Assembly: GCA_051531975.1 (NCBI GenBank)
Contig: JAOPTT010000006.1
Coordinates: 494,977-558,976, forward strand
From: Spirochaetaceae bacterium
GTDB taxonomy: Bacteria > Spirochaetota > Spirochaetia > DSM-2461
Direction: 5' to 3'
Length of the DNA: 64,000 bases
The translations under genes were made by a program, and so were the position numbers. The first letter of the stretch is position 1. Each line of letters starts with the position of its first letter. Positions 47,714 through 58,357 of this stretch are shown here, piece by piece. A model generated the notes under the pieces. The model was not told the DNA's origin and searched no databases. It saw nothing but the letters and a program-made list of their open reading frames with translations.

Positions 47714-49504
47714 ATGATAAAAGTAGTAATAGATAATAAAGAAATATTAGTGGAGAAAGATACAACAATTTTGGAAGCTGCTAAAATATTAAAAATAAGT
47801 ATACCAACACTGTGTTATCATAAAGATTTAATTCCATTAGGTTTATGTCGTATATGCTTAGTTGAGATAAAAGGTGTAAAAAACCTAGTTGCTTCATGCT
47901 CTTATAAAATAATTTCAGAAATGGAAATATATACATTTTCTGACCGTGTAAGAGAAGCGAGACAAACAATCATAGATTTAATGATTAGCTCCCATGATAA
48001 CAATTGTACAATATGTGATAGAGCAGATAATTGCGAATTACAGCAACTAGCAGTACAGTACGGTTCTTCAAGCTATCCATACGGAAATACAATTACCGAT
48101 AACCGAGTTTATAACCTTTCATCATCAATTTCTAGAGACTATAGTAAATGTATTCAGTGCAGAAGATGTATTCAAACATGTGATTTTTTACAAGACATTG
48201 GGATATATGGAGTAAAAAACAGAGGATCAGATACCCAAATTAGTACTTTTAATAACAATTCATTAATAGAAACTAAATGTATTAACTGTGGCCAATGCAT
48301 TAATAGATGTCCAACAGGTGCACTAAAAGAGATCGAATCAATAACCGATGTATGGGAAGCTATAAAAGATCCAAACAAATATGTTGTTATACAAACAGCT
48401 CCTGCACCAAGAGCTGCAATAGGAGAATGTTTTAATTATCCACCAGGTAATTCATATACATACCAGCTTAATACTGCATTAAAAAAGATTGGTTTTAATA
48501 ATGTATTTGATACATGTTTTACTGCAGACTTAACAATAATTGAAGAAGGAACGGAACTTTTAGAAAGGATTAAAAAAGCAGAGAAACTACCCTTATTCAC
48601 CTCCTGTTCTCCTGGTTGGATTAAATATATTGAGCATAATTACCCAGAATATTTAAATAATCTTTCAACTTCAAAAAGTCCTCATGAAATGTTTGGAGCA
48701 ATAATAAAAACATATTATGCAAAAAAGAAAAATATTGATCCAAAAAATATTGTGGTTGTTTCTTTAATGCCCTGTACAGCTAAAAAATTTGAAATATTAA
48801 GACCAGAAATGGTAGACTCTGGATATCAAGATGTAGATTATGTTTTAACAACTAGAGAGATTGGTAAAATGATAAAACAAGCTGGTTTAGAGTTAAAAGA
48901 TTTAGGTAAAACATATTTTGATGATCCTTTTGGTGATGAAACAGGGTCAGGGATAATTTTTGCCTCAACTGGAGGTGTTATGGAGTCAGCATTAAGAACT
49001 GTTTACCACATAACAACAGGCACACCCTTAGAAGCAGTTACCAACTCCCTAAAAGCTACAACCATAAGAGGTTTTGACGGAGTTAAATATGCTGAGTTTA
49101 AAATTGAAACCGTCGCAGATGTTCCACAGTTATTATCTTCCAAAATTGATAACTTTGATTTTTTACTTGGAGCAACACTTAAAGTTGCAGTATGTCATGG
49201 AACTAAAAATGCTAAAAAGGTTTTAGATAATATAAAAAATGGTGGCGAATTCAGTAAATGCCATTTTATAGAATTTATGGCCTGTCCTGGAGGTTGTTTA
49301 GGAGGAGGAGGACAACCAATTCCAACAAATGATGAAATCAGAAAACAACGAATGTTTGCTGTGTATAATAATGATGAAGAGTCAGAAACAAAACTTTCAA
49401 GTTATAACAGTGCTGTATTAGAGATATATTCTCAATTTTTTAATAATCAACCAGGAGGAGAATTAGCACATAAATTATTACATACCCAATATATAGAACG
49501 ATAG
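47714..49504 (+). CDS. hydA: [FeFe]-hydrogenase catalytic subunit (group A)
   Basis: PTLC..CR.C [2Fe-2S], H...C..C.....C, two CxxCxxC; H-cluster motifs TSCSPGW, MPCTAKKFE, EFMACPGGC.GGGGQP. Confidence 0.95.
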   Translation: MIKVVIDNKEILVEKDTTILEAAKILKISIPTLCYHKDLIPLGLCRICLVEIKGVKNLVASCSYKIISEMEIYTFSDRVREARQTIIDLMISSHDNNCTICDRADNCELQQLAVQYGSSSYPYGNTITDNRVYNLSSSISRDYSKCIQCRRCIQTCDFLQDIGIYGVKNRGSDTQISTFNNNSLIETKCINCGQCINRCPTGALKEIESITDVWEAIKDPNKYVVIQTAPAPRAAIGECFNYPPGNSYTYQLNTALKKIGFNNVFDTCFTADLTIIEEGTELLERIKKAEKLPLFTSCSPGWIKYIEHNYPEYLNNLSTSKSPHEMFGAIIKTYYAKKKNIDPKNIVVVSLMPCTAKKFEILRPEMVDSGYQDVDYVLTTREIGKMIKQAGLELKDLGKTYFDDPFGDETGSGIIFASTGGVMESALRTVYHITTGTPLEAVTNSLKATTIRGFDGVKYAEFKIETVADVPQLLSSKIDNFDFLLGATLKVAVCHGTKNAKKVLDNIKNGGEFSKCHFIEFMACPGGCLGGGGQPIPTNDEIRKQRMFAVYNNDEESETKLSSYNSAVLEIYSQFFNNQPGGELAHKLLHTQYIER

Positions 49505-49592
49505 AGCATAAACATTACATAAGTGTAATAAATCTGAAATGTACAAGAAAGGATATAAACATATATTATGTATGTACAATTTAGGAGCACTT

Positions 49593-50597
49593 ATGGAAAA
49601 TACAATGACAAAAATAGTAGATATAAATGAAATTAATAGCCGAGTAAAAGAGACATCAGCTTGGATTAATAATTTTCGTAAAGAGATGGGAAGAGTTGTT
49701 ATTGGTCAAAATAGATTAATTGATAGACTTTTAATAGCAATGTTAACTGATGGGCATGTATTATTAGAAGGTGTACCTGGGCTTGCAAAAACCTTAACTC
49801 TTAAAACATTAGCAGAATGTATTAATATTGATTTCAAAAGAGTTCAATTTACTCCTGATATGTTACCAGCAGACATTACAGGTACTGAAATATATAACCC
49901 TAAAAATTTAGATTTTATTATTAAAAAGGGACCAATTGACGCGAACCTTATATTAGCTGATGAAATTAATAGAGCTCCAGCAAAAGTTCAAAGTGCTCTA
50001 TTAGAAGCAATGCAAGAGAAACAAGTAACAATTGGAACAGAAACGTTTAAACTACCCCAGCCTTTTTTAGTATTAGCAACACAAAACCCAATAGAACAGG
50101 AAGGTACATACCCACTTCCAGAAGCACAACTAGATAGATTTATGCTTAAAGTTGTAATTGATTACCCTACTCCATCTGAGGAGAGAATTATACTTGATAT
50201 GGGTGGAAGTAACTTACCAGATAGAGTCGATAATGTCGTTGATATAAAAGAATTATTAGAAGCAAAAGATGTTGTTAAAAATATATATATGGATGACAAC
50301 ATAAAAGACTATATAGTCTCAATAGTTTATGCCACTAGAGATCCACAAAAATATAATATAGACATACAAGATTATATTAAAATTGGTGCATCCCCTAGAG
50401 CAACATTATGTCTTAGAGATGGAGCTAAAGCATATGCTTATTTACAAGGTAGAGGTTATGTTACTCCAGCAGATATTAAAGCTATTGCTCCAGATATACT
50501 TAGACATCGAATTGGAATAACTTTTGAGGCAGAAGCTGAAGAACTAACAAGTCTAGATATATTAAATAAAATACTAGAAACCGTACCGGTACCTTAA
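49593..50597 (+). CDS. MoxR AAA+ ATPase (start reassigned to 49593)
   Basis: HVLLEGVPGLAKT, QFTPD..P.DI.G, DEINRAPAK.QSALLE, TQNPIEQEGTYPLPEAQ.DRF; RBS AGGAG. Confidence 0.95.
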   Translation: MENTMTKIVDINEINSRVKETSAWINNFRKEMGRVVIGQNRLIDRLLIAMLTDGHVLLEGVPGLAKTLTLKTLAECINIDFKRVQFTPDMLPADITGTEIYNPKNLDFIIKKGPIDANLILADEINRAPAKVQSALLEAMQEKQVTIGTETFKLPQPFLVLATQNPIEQEGTYPLPEAQLDRFMLKVVIDYPTPSEERIILDMGGSNLPDRVDNVVDIKELLEAKDVVKNIYMDDNIKDYIVSIVYATRDPQKYNIDIQDYIKIGASPRATLCLRDGAKAYAYLQGRGYVTPADIKAIAPDILRHRIGITFEAEAEELTSLDILNKILETVPVP

Positions 50598-50599
50598 AC

Positions 50600-51493
50600 A
50601 TGGAAAAAAACTTTACAAAAGAAGTTTTAAAAAAAGTAAAAAATCTCGAAATTAAAACTAAGAGTTTAGTTAATGATGCTCTTGCAGGACAATATCACTC
50701 TATTTTTAAAGGTCAAGGAATGAACTTTAGTGAGATTAGAGAGTATGTTCACGGTGATGACGTAAAAAATATAGACTGGAATGTAACTGCGAGACAAGGA
50801 ACCCCTCACATTAAAAAGTACGATGAGGAGAGAGAACGAACAATATTACTCATGGTTGATATTAGTCCTTCAACTCTTTTTGGATCTTCTAATAATAAAA
50901 AAGAAGTTATTGCTGAATTAACAAGCGTTTTAGCATTCTCTGCTGATAAAAATAACGACAAAGTTGGTCTGATCTTATTTACTGATCGTATTGAACTGTT
51001 TATACCACCAGGTAAAGGAAGAACCCATCTTTTAAGGATAATTAGAGAATTACTTTTTTTTGAACCTGTGGGAAAAGCAACCGATGTCATTAAGGTTTTA
51101 GATTTTGTGAATAAAAGCTTTAGTAGAAAAGTTGTTACTTTTTTAATTTCAGATTTAAGTTTAGATACTTTACCGGAAAATTTTAAGAGAAAAATGAAAT
51201 CTACAGGTAAACACCATGATTTAATAACTATTAGAATTAGAGATAAAAATGAGTTAGATATACCTAATGTAGGAATTATAACATTAGAGGATTTAGAAAC
51301 AGGTGACATATTAGAAGTTGATACAAGTAGTAAACATACTAGGAAATTATATAAGAAGTTATTAATTCAGAGGGATGAAAAGATTAGTTCGTTGATTAAA
51401 GCATGTGGTATAGACTTTTTAGACATAAGAACAGATGAAAACTACATGCCTGCTCTACTAAAGTTTTTTACATTAAGAGAAAGGCGAGGATAA
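50600..51493 (+). CDS. DUF58 family protein
   Basis: S.FKG.GM.F.E.REY..GDD...IDWNVTAR, D.S.S, SD. Confidence 0.93.
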   Translation: MEKNFTKEVLKKVKNLEIKTKSLVNDALAGQYHSIFKGQGMNFSEIREYVHGDDVKNIDWNVTARQGTPHIKKYDEERERTILLMVDISPSTLFGSSNNKKEVIAELTSVLAFSADKNNDKVGLILFTDRIELFIPPGKGRTHLLRIIRELLFFEPVGKATDVIKVLDFVNKSFSRKVVTFLISDLSLDTLPENFKRKMKSTGKHHDLITIRIRDKNELDIPNVGIITLEDLETGDILEVDTSSKHTRKLYKKLLIQRDEKISSLIKACGIDFLDIRTDENYMPALLKFFTLRERRG

Positions 51494-51991
51494 ATGGAAG
51501 ATATTATAGAAATATATGAACCTATATATAGAGAAACAAGTAAAGTACTTCCTATAACTCTTTTGTTTCTATTAATTTTACTTATTGGTATAGGACTGTT
51601 TTTTTTGTTTAGGTATATAAAATATAAAAAAAGTATTATTACACCTGAACACAAATATAAAAAATGTTTAGATAGTTTTTTAATACTTCAAAATAATATT
51701 GAAAAAAAATCCACCCATGATTTTGCAGATAAAGTTAGTTATTTATATAAGAAATACTTAACAGATCTTTATTCTACAGATTTCAACTCTACAACAGCTG
51801 AAGAGATGATAGAAAAGTTACTTCTATTTAATGTAGACAATGTACTAATTAAGGATATGTTTATTAATATTATAGAGCCTTGCCAATTTGGGAAACTACA
51901 TATAAACATTGATCAAAAAAATATAACCATTAAAAATTGTGTAGATAGTATTACAACGCAATATAACAAAAAGGTAAATATAGATGCTTAA
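51494..51991 (+). CDS. Single-TM hypothetical protein of the Bat operon
   Basis: N-terminal TM then K.YL....TA.E; lies between DUF58 and the VWA gene. Confidence 0.65.
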   Translation: MEDIIEIYEPIYRETSKVLPITLLFLLILLIGIGLFFLFRYIKYKKSIITPEHKYKKCLDSFLILQNNIEKKSTHDFADKVSYLYKKYLTDLYSTDFNSTTAEEMIEKLLLFNVDNVLIKDMFINIIEPCQFGKLHINIDQKNITIKNCVDSITTQYNKKVNIDA

Positions 51992-52973
51992 ATTTCAAGA
52001 ACCTCTGTTTTTAATAATAATTCCAATAATTATTGTTATAACTATATTACAACTAAGAAAGAAAAAAAGCAGTGGTATAGGGTTTTCTCAATTAACAATA
52101 TTAAAATTAGCTGCAAAAAGAAATAAACTAACAAATCTACCCTATCTTCTTAGAACATTAAGCTTAATATTTTTAACTTTATCATTATCTGGACCAATAA
52201 AAGAAAACTCAATAGAAGATAATAATGCAAGTGGTATAGATATTATTATTGCACTAGATGTATCAGGTAGTATGGATGGTTTAGACTTCTCTACAAAATT
52301 AAAAAAACAAACTAGATTAGATGCTGTTAAAGTTGTTGTTAAAGAATTTATTGAGAGTAGACCAAACGATAGAATTGGTGTTGTTGCCTTTGCAGGAGGA
52401 CCATACCTTGCAAGTCCATTAACTCTTGATCATGGTTGGTTATTTAAACGATTAGAGCTTTTAAACACAGGTATGATAGAAGGTGGAACTGCCATTGGAT
52501 CAGCAATTGCTTCTGCATCAAATAGTTTAAACCGAGTTGAAAGTAAATCTAAAATCATCATATTGTTAACTGATGGTGAGAATAATAGCGGAACTATAGA
52601 ACCAACACAAGCAGCTGAAGCTGCTGCAGCACTAGATATAAAGATCTATACTGTTGGTGCTGGAAAAGAAGGTCAGGCTCCATATGAAGTTAAAGGCTTT
52701 TTTGGAAGTGAAATTCAATATGTTGATGTAAAAATAGACGAAGAGATGTTAACAAATGTTGCTACTACCACAGGTGGTACTTATTTTCGAGCTAAAGATA
52801 TTAAATCATTAAAAGGAGTTTATGATCAGATAAACAAAATGGAAACAACAACTAGAGTTGCAAATAAATCTATTTTATATAAATACTATTTTATGATTCC
52901 ACTAATTATAGGTTTAGCTTTTTTAATACTAGAAATTATCTTAACTTCCTCAAAATTAAGGAGAGTTTATTAA
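51984..52973 (+). CDS. batA: VWA-domain membrane protein BatA
   Basis: N-terminal double TM, DVSGSM MIDAS, DR.G...F, GTAIG, LLTDGENN, C-terminal TM. Confidence 0.88.
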   Translation: MLKFQEPLFLIIIPIIIVITILQLRKKKSSGIGFSQLTILKLAAKRNKLTNLPYLLRTLSLIFLTLSLSGPIKENSIEDNNASGIDIIIALDVSGSMDGLDFSTKLKKQTRLDAVKVVVKEFIESRPNDRIGVVAFAGGPYLASPLTLDHGWLFKRLELLNTGMIEGGTAIGSAIASASNSLNRVESKSKIIILLTDGENNSGTIEPTQAAEAAAALDIKIYTVGAGKEGQAPYEVKGFFGSEIQYVDVKIDEEMLTNVATTTGGTYFRAKDIKSLKGVYDQINKMETTTRVANKSILYKYYFMIPLIIGLAFLILEIILTSSKLRRVY

Positions 52974-54553
52974 TGGAATTTCAATACCCTTTATTACTAC
53001 TATTATTACCACTGTTTTTAATCTCATATATACCTGTTTCTATCTGGAAAGAGAAAAAAAATAATAAAAACTTAAAACTGTTTATTGGAAATAATAGTAA
53101 AAATTTATTACCAACCATAAATAATAAAATAAAAATCATTAAATATATTCTTCTGTTTTCATCAATAATTTTATTAATTATATCTTTAGCAAGGCCACAA
53201 AAAGGTTTCATTTGGCAAGAGGCAACAACTAGTGGAATAGATATTGTAATTGCTATAGATACATCAAAAAGTATGGAAGCAATAGATGTAACCCCAAATA
53301 GATTAACTAGAGCTAAAATGGCATTATTAGAACTTAGCAGCCAATTAAATGGCGATAGAATTGCATTAATACCATTTGCAGGTTCATCATTTGTGATGAC
53401 TCCATTTACTGCTGATTATAATATATTTAATCAAAGTGTATCTTCAATAAATACTCAGATTATACCAAAGGGTGGAACAAATATTAAAAGTGCTATCTCT
53501 AGCTCAGAGGAACTGTTTAAAGATAAAAATTCACATAAAATATTAATTCTTGTCACAGATGGTGAAGATTTAGCAAATAAAGGAATAGAAGAAGCTAAAA
53601 GAGTTGCAGATTTAGGAGTTCAAATTTTTACAGTTGGGGTTGGGACAAAAGATGGTGAATTAATTCCAGACCCATCTAAAAAAGGACAATATCTTAGAGA
53701 TAAAAAAGGTAATGTTGTTAAATCAAGGTTAGATGAAAATTCTTTAATTCAAATAGCCAAATCAACTAATGGTGATTATAGACATATTTCTTCAAGTGGA
53801 AATGGAATTCTAGAAATTTACCAAGAAAAACTTTATGAACTAGAACAACTCGATAAAAGTGAACAACGTAGTAGAATACCAATAGATTTTTACAGATGGT
53901 TTTTACTACCAGCAATCATTTTATTATTATTAGAGTTTTTAATAGTTAATATAAAAACAAAAAAAATAAATAAAAAAACTATATTAACATCGCTATTACT
54001 TTTAAACATGACTGGTCTTTTCTCAACTCCTGCTGATGATGCATTTAAAAAAGGGGATATAGATAAAGCTATCTCTTTATATCAGAAGGAGAAAAAAACT
54101 CCAGAAACTCTGTACAATCTTGGAACAGCTTATTATATAAAAAATGATTTTGTCTCTGCTGTAACTCAGTACCAGGATGGACTTGAAAAAGCTAATGCAG
54201 ATTTACAAAGTAGAATTTTATTTAATTTAGGAAATAGTTTATACAGAGTAAGTGAACAAACTGAAGAGATGTCAGAAAAAATTGACCTTTTAAAAGCATC
54301 CTTAGAAAGTTACAAAGGCTCTTTAGCTTTAAAAAACAGGGATAAAAAGGTTCAAAAAAACCATGATTTTATAAAAAATATCTTAGATCAAATAGAACAG
54401 AATCAAGATGAACAAAAACAAACTGATGAATCTATAACTGAAGAAATGACAAAAGAAGAGGCTGAAGCTCTGTTAAAAGCACTAGAAGGTGAAGAAGTTG
54501 ACCTGAAATATATATTAAACAGTGACGATAACACATATAGTGGTGAATGGTAA
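52973..54553 (+). CDS. batB: VWA + TPR protein (BatB/BatC-like fusion)
   Basis: DTSKSM, P.RL..AK, TDGED; TPRs YNLG.AYY and FNLGN.LY; acidic tail ending in W. Confidence 0.82.
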   Translation: MEFQYPLLLLLLPLFLISYIPVSIWKEKKNNKNLKLFIGNNSKNLLPTINNKIKIIKYILLFSSIILLIISLARPQKGFIWQEATTSGIDIVIAIDTSKSMEAIDVTPNRLTRAKMALLELSSQLNGDRIALIPFAGSSFVMTPFTADYNIFNQSVSSINTQIIPKGGTNIKSAISSSEELFKDKNSHKILILVTDGEDLANKGIEEAKRVADLGVQIFTVGVGTKDGELIPDPSKKGQYLRDKKGNVVKSRLDENSLIQIAKSTNGDYRHISSSGNGILEIYQEKLYELEQLDKSEQRSRIPIDFYRWFLLPAIILLLLEFLIVNIKTKKINKKTILTSLLLLNMTGLFSTPADDAFKKGDIDKAISLYQKEKKTPETLYNLGTAYYIKNDFVSAVTQYQDGLEKANADLQSRILFNLGNSLYRVSEQTEEMSEKIDLLKASLESYKGSLALKNRDKKVQKNHDFIKNILDQIEQNQDEQKQTDESITEEMTKEEAEALLKALEGEEVDLKYILNSDDNTYSGEW

Positions 54554-54563
54554 AAGGAAAAAG

Positions 54564-56231
54564 ATGAAAAAATTAACGCTAACAATCATACTTTTAACTA
54601 TTTTAAATAGTTTATATTCCCAAACGATAGATATTGAAATTCAAAACCCATATATTTCTCTTGGAGAATGGACAACATTAAAAGTTACTGCATCAGGTGA
54701 TATTAAAAGTATTAACTATAGTGACCCAGTTGGAATGACAATAACTCAGATAGGAAACAACAGTTCTATTAGTACATTTAATGGAAAAAAAACTACAAGT
54801 TATATATTAAGCTTTAGAATTAAACCTCTAAAAAAGGGAGAGCTATTAATACCGACATTTTATATCGAAAATTCAAACGATGAAATGATTTCAAGTATTA
54901 AAACTAAACTTTACGTTAATGAAAAAAAACAGGATTCTCCAAGTAATCACAACTATTATAGCTCTTTTGAATCTGAATTTGTAAAACTATATATAGATCT
55001 ACCAGAAAGAAACTTATATGTAGGAGAAGCAGTTCCAGTAAAAATGACCGCATATTTTTCTACAAAATATCAACCTAGAATTGAGAGACACCCATATATG
55101 AAGACTGGTTCTTTTTTATTAGATACAGGAGAAAATTATACCAATGATCAACCAGAAGTTCTTATTGATGGAGAAAAATGGATACAAATTGAATGGAACA
55201 GCCATTTAACACCACTTAAAGCTGGAGAATTAGATCTTGAGATAGTTTTTGATAGTTACATTGAAATCCCATCAGGGAATTCAGGGTTCTTTTCATCATC
55301 AAAAAGGGAAGAATTTAAAACTTCGACAGAACTTCAAACAGTGGATATAAAAACTTTACCTTCGATAAATAAGCCAATTGGATTTACTGGTGCAATTGGA
55401 AATTTTTCTATGGATAGTAGTTTAACTCCTTTAGATGCACAAGTTGGGGATCCTTTAACTTTAACTTTTGATATTTATGGTCAAGGTAATTTCCAAAGGA
55501 TAACTATGCCCCAAATAACTTCAGATTTAATAAACTGGAAATTATATCCTGAAACTTCAACATATAAAGGGTCAAACAAATCAAATTTCATGGGAATAAA
55601 AAGTTTTCAACAAATTCTTTCACCTACAAGCATAGACATCAACAGTTCCCCTACTTTGGATTTCTCATATTTTGATCCTGAAAAAGAGAAATACATTATA
55701 CTAAAAAATGAAATATTACCTCTGAATATTACACCTGGAACTTTTCAGGATAAAGAAATCTCTGAAAAACTTAACGAAAACTTCAAAGAAATGAAGCAAG
55801 AGATGAGACATAAAAAAAGTAGTAAAACTACAAATTTCTCATCAATTATTGGTACACCTATATATTCAATATTAACAATAATTTCTTCAATTTTTATATC
55901 ATTGTCTATTATATTTCAGTTATTATTATACAGGAAAAAAAGGCCTGTGGATAAAACATCAAAAGAGCAAAGGTCATTATTAAGTCAAATAAAGAAATGT
56001 GAAAATGAAGAGAATTTTACTCAGGCACTAGAACTATACACAACAATAATTAAGAAATCCATATCATCCAAAAGAAATATAAACTCAGATTCAATAGCTT
56101 CTTCAGATTTAAAAAACAATGTATTAAAGAAAGTATTACAAAAATCAGAAGAAATTAAATATTCAAATAAAAGTATAAAATCTACTGAATATATAAAAAT
56201 CACCGATCAAATTATGGAGCAGTTAAAATGA
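54564..56231 (+). CDS. batD: BatD-like protein (start reassigned to 54564)
   Basis: Signal peptide, YVGE.V, LP....P..F.GA.G.F, G.GN, YFDP....Y, C-terminal TM. Confidence 0.85.
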   Translation: MKKLTLTIILLTILNSLYSQTIDIEIQNPYISLGEWTTLKVTASGDIKSINYSDPVGMTITQIGNNSSISTFNGKKTTSYILSFRIKPLKKGELLIPTFYIENSNDEMISSIKTKLYVNEKKQDSPSNHNYYSSFESEFVKLYIDLPERNLYVGEAVPVKMTAYFSTKYQPRIERHPYMKTGSFLLDTGENYTNDQPEVLIDGEKWIQIEWNSHLTPLKAGELDLEIVFDSYIEIPSGNSGFFSSSKREEFKTSTELQTVDIKTLPSINKPIGFTGAIGNFSMDSSLTPLDAQVGDPLTLTFDIYGQGNFQRITMPQITSDLINWKLYPETSTYKGSNKSNFMGIKSFQQILSPTSIDINSSPTLDFSYFDPEKEKYIILKNEILPLNITPGTFQDKEISEKLNENFKEMKQEMRHKKSSKTTNFSSIIGTPIYSILTIISSIFISLSIIFQLLLYRKKRPVDKTSKEQRSLLSQIKKCENEENFTQALELYTTIIKKSISSKRNINSDSIASSDLKNNVLKKVLQKSEEIKYSNKSIKSTEYIKITDQIMEQLK

Positions 56232-56947
56232 CAAAAAAAATAGTATTGATTATACTGTTTCTAATGACAGCAAAAATTTACTCAAACTCATTCCAAAGAG
56301 GAAACTTAGAGTTTACTAATAAAAATTATAGTGTTGCAATTGAATCATATCTTGAAGATATTAAAAAAAATGGAAACAACCAAAATACTCTTTTTAACCT
56401 AGGAAATTCTTATATAAAATTAGATAAATATGGGGAAGCCCTATCTGTTTTATATAAAGCAAGACTTTTATATCCTAGAGATGCTAATATAAATTTACTA
56501 ATTAAAGAGATAGAAGAAGACCTTAACCTCGAGAATCAATTTAAAAGATTCAAAATAATTTCTTTCCGAGAAAACTGGATACTAACACTTATACTTCTAA
56601 CTTGTTTATCATTTATATTGTTTATAATAAGTTATTTATCTTATACAAAACAACGAAACTTTCTTCTATTTCGACTTAGAAAAGCAGCTATAATTATATT
56701 CTTAATTTTATTACTAGTCTCTATTACAGGTAATATCATAGATAACTCAGGAAAAAAAGCTGCTATTGTATTAGTTACATCAGAAATACTTATATCCCCA
56801 TATGTAGGTAGTGAACAGAGCTATAAAGCAAAAGAAGGTATAAAAGTTACTATAATAGATGAATTTGAAAACTTCTACAGTATAATTGAAGCTGATGGTA
56901 AATATGGTTGGATTGAAAAAGATAAGTTAGGTATCTTATGGAAGTAA
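56228..56947 (+). CDS. batE: BatE-like TPR + SH3b protein
   Basis: GN..F....Y..AI..Y, FNLGN.Y, two TM, EG..V.I......G..GW. Confidence 0.8.
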   Translation: MTKKIVLIILFLMTAKIYSNSFQRGNLEFTNKNYSVAIESYLEDIKKNGNNQNTLFNLGNSYIKLDKYGEALSVLYKARLLYPRDANINLLIKEIEEDLNLENQFKRFKIISFRENWILTLILLTCLSFILFIISYLSYTKQRNFLLFRLRKAAIIIFLILLLVSITGNIIDNSGKKAAIVLVTSEILISPYVGSEQSYKAKEGIKVTIIDEFENFYSIIEADGKYGWIEKDKLGILWK

Positions 56948-57522
56948 TAACTTTAGGTTCTAAATCTCCTAGAAGATTAGAACTGCTTAAAAGGTTGGAT
57001 TACAAAGTTGTTGTAAAACCACCAAAGATTAAAGAAGAGATGGATCTAAACTTATCAGTTGAAGAAAATGCAATAAAAATATCTATGGATAAACTTAATT
57101 ATATTAAAAAACATAACCCAGATGATAAATGGATATTAACTGCCGATACTTTTATCGTTTATAATAATAAAACACTTGGAAAACCTATAGATAGAACAGA
57201 TGCATTTAATATGCTTAAACTGCTATCTGGAAAAAGACATAAAGTTTTGACAGGTATCTGTATCTACTCAAAGATTCAAAACAAAATATTAACAGATGTA
57301 GATGTTACAGAGGTGCATTTTAAAAAAATTACAGATGCTCAAATAAATGATTATTTAAGTTATAACGAGTGGCAAGATGCAGCAGGAAGTTATCAGATAC
57401 AAAACAGAGGTGAAATTTTAGTACAGTATATAAATGGCTCATTCTCATCAGTTATGGGGTTGCCAATAAGCCGTATTTATGGCATGTTTACAACATTAAA
57501 TTTTAATAATCCGGTAATCTAA
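56938..57522 (+). CDS. maf: Maf nucleotide pyrophosphatase
   Basis: S.SPRR.ELL, ADT, LGKP, LSG..H.V.TG, AG.Y.IQ, V.GLP. Confidence 0.93.
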   Translation: MEVITLGSKSPRRLELLKRLDYKVVVKPPKIKEEMDLNLSVEENAIKISMDKLNYIKKHNPDDKWILTADTFIVYNNKTLGKPIDRTDAFNMLKLLSGKRHKVLTGICIYSKIQNKILTDVDVTEVHFKKITDAQINDYLSYNEWQDAAGSYQIQNRGEILVQYINGSFSSVMGLPISRIYGMFTTLNFNNPVI

Positions 57523-57571
57523 TTACTGAGAAAAAAGCGAAGGGTGCTTATTTAAGCAAGGGAGGCCAATT

Positions 57572-58357
57572 ATGGCAGTAGTAACAATGAAAAACCTATT
57601 AGAATCAGGTGTTCACTTTGGACATCAGACAAAAAGATGGGAACCAAAAATGAAAAAGTATATCTTTACATCAAGAAACGGTATACATATCATTGATTTA
57701 CAAAAGACAATCGTAGCTATCAAAGACGCTTACGATGCAGTTAGAAAAGTATCTTTACAAGGTAAATCTGTACTTTTCGTAGGTACAAAAAAACAAGCTC
57801 AAGGTGCAATTAAATCAGAAGCAGAGCGTTGTGAAATGTATTACGTGAACCAGAGATGGCCAGGTGGAATGTTAACAAACTTTTCTACAATCAAAAAGTC
57901 ACTTCATAGACTTAAAAAAATTGAAAAAATGGAAATTGATGGTACATTTGATGCACTTACTAAAAAAGAGGTTTCTAAATTAGTTAAAGAACAAACTAAA
58001 TTAGAGAGAACTTTAGGTGGAATCAAAGAAATGAAAGATCTTCCTGGTATTCTTTTTGTAGTTGATACAAAAAAAGAAGCTATTGCTGTAGCTGAAGCCA
58101 GAAAACTACACATACCTATAGTTGCAGTTGTTGATACTAACTGTAGCCCAGAAGGAATCGACTACCCTATTCCTGGAAACGACGATGCAATTAGAGCAAT
58201 TAGTTTATTTACTTCTGTAGTAGCAAATGCTGTTATTGAAGCAGAAAACGAAACTGGTTTAAGAGTTATTGAAACTTTACAAGAAGAAGAAGCTGAAGAA
58301 AAATTAAGAGCTGAACAAGCTGCTGCTGCAGCTGCTGCTCAACCAGGAGAAGCGTAA
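57572..58357 (+). CDS. rpsB: 30S ribosomal protein S2
   Basis: [31 protein letters not shown]. Confidence 0.98.
   Translation: MAVVTMKNLLESGVHFGHQTKRWEPKMKKYIFTSRNGIHIIDLQKTIVAIKDAYDAVRKVSLQGKSVLFVGTKKQAQGAIKSEAERCEMYYVNQRWPGGMLTNFSTIKKSLHRLKKIEKMEIDGTFDALTKKEVSKLVKEQTKLERTLGGIKEMKDLPGILFVVDTKKEAIAVAEARKLHIPIVAVVDTNCSPEGIDYPIPGNDDAIRAISLFTSVVANAVIEAENETGLRVIETLQEEEAEEKLRAEQAAAAAAAQPGEA

Noticed and set aside
58318..58340. GCT/GCA repeat (poly-Ala) at the end of rpsB as a contingency repeat
   Set aside because: In-frame, mixed codons, in the variable low-complexity tail of S2
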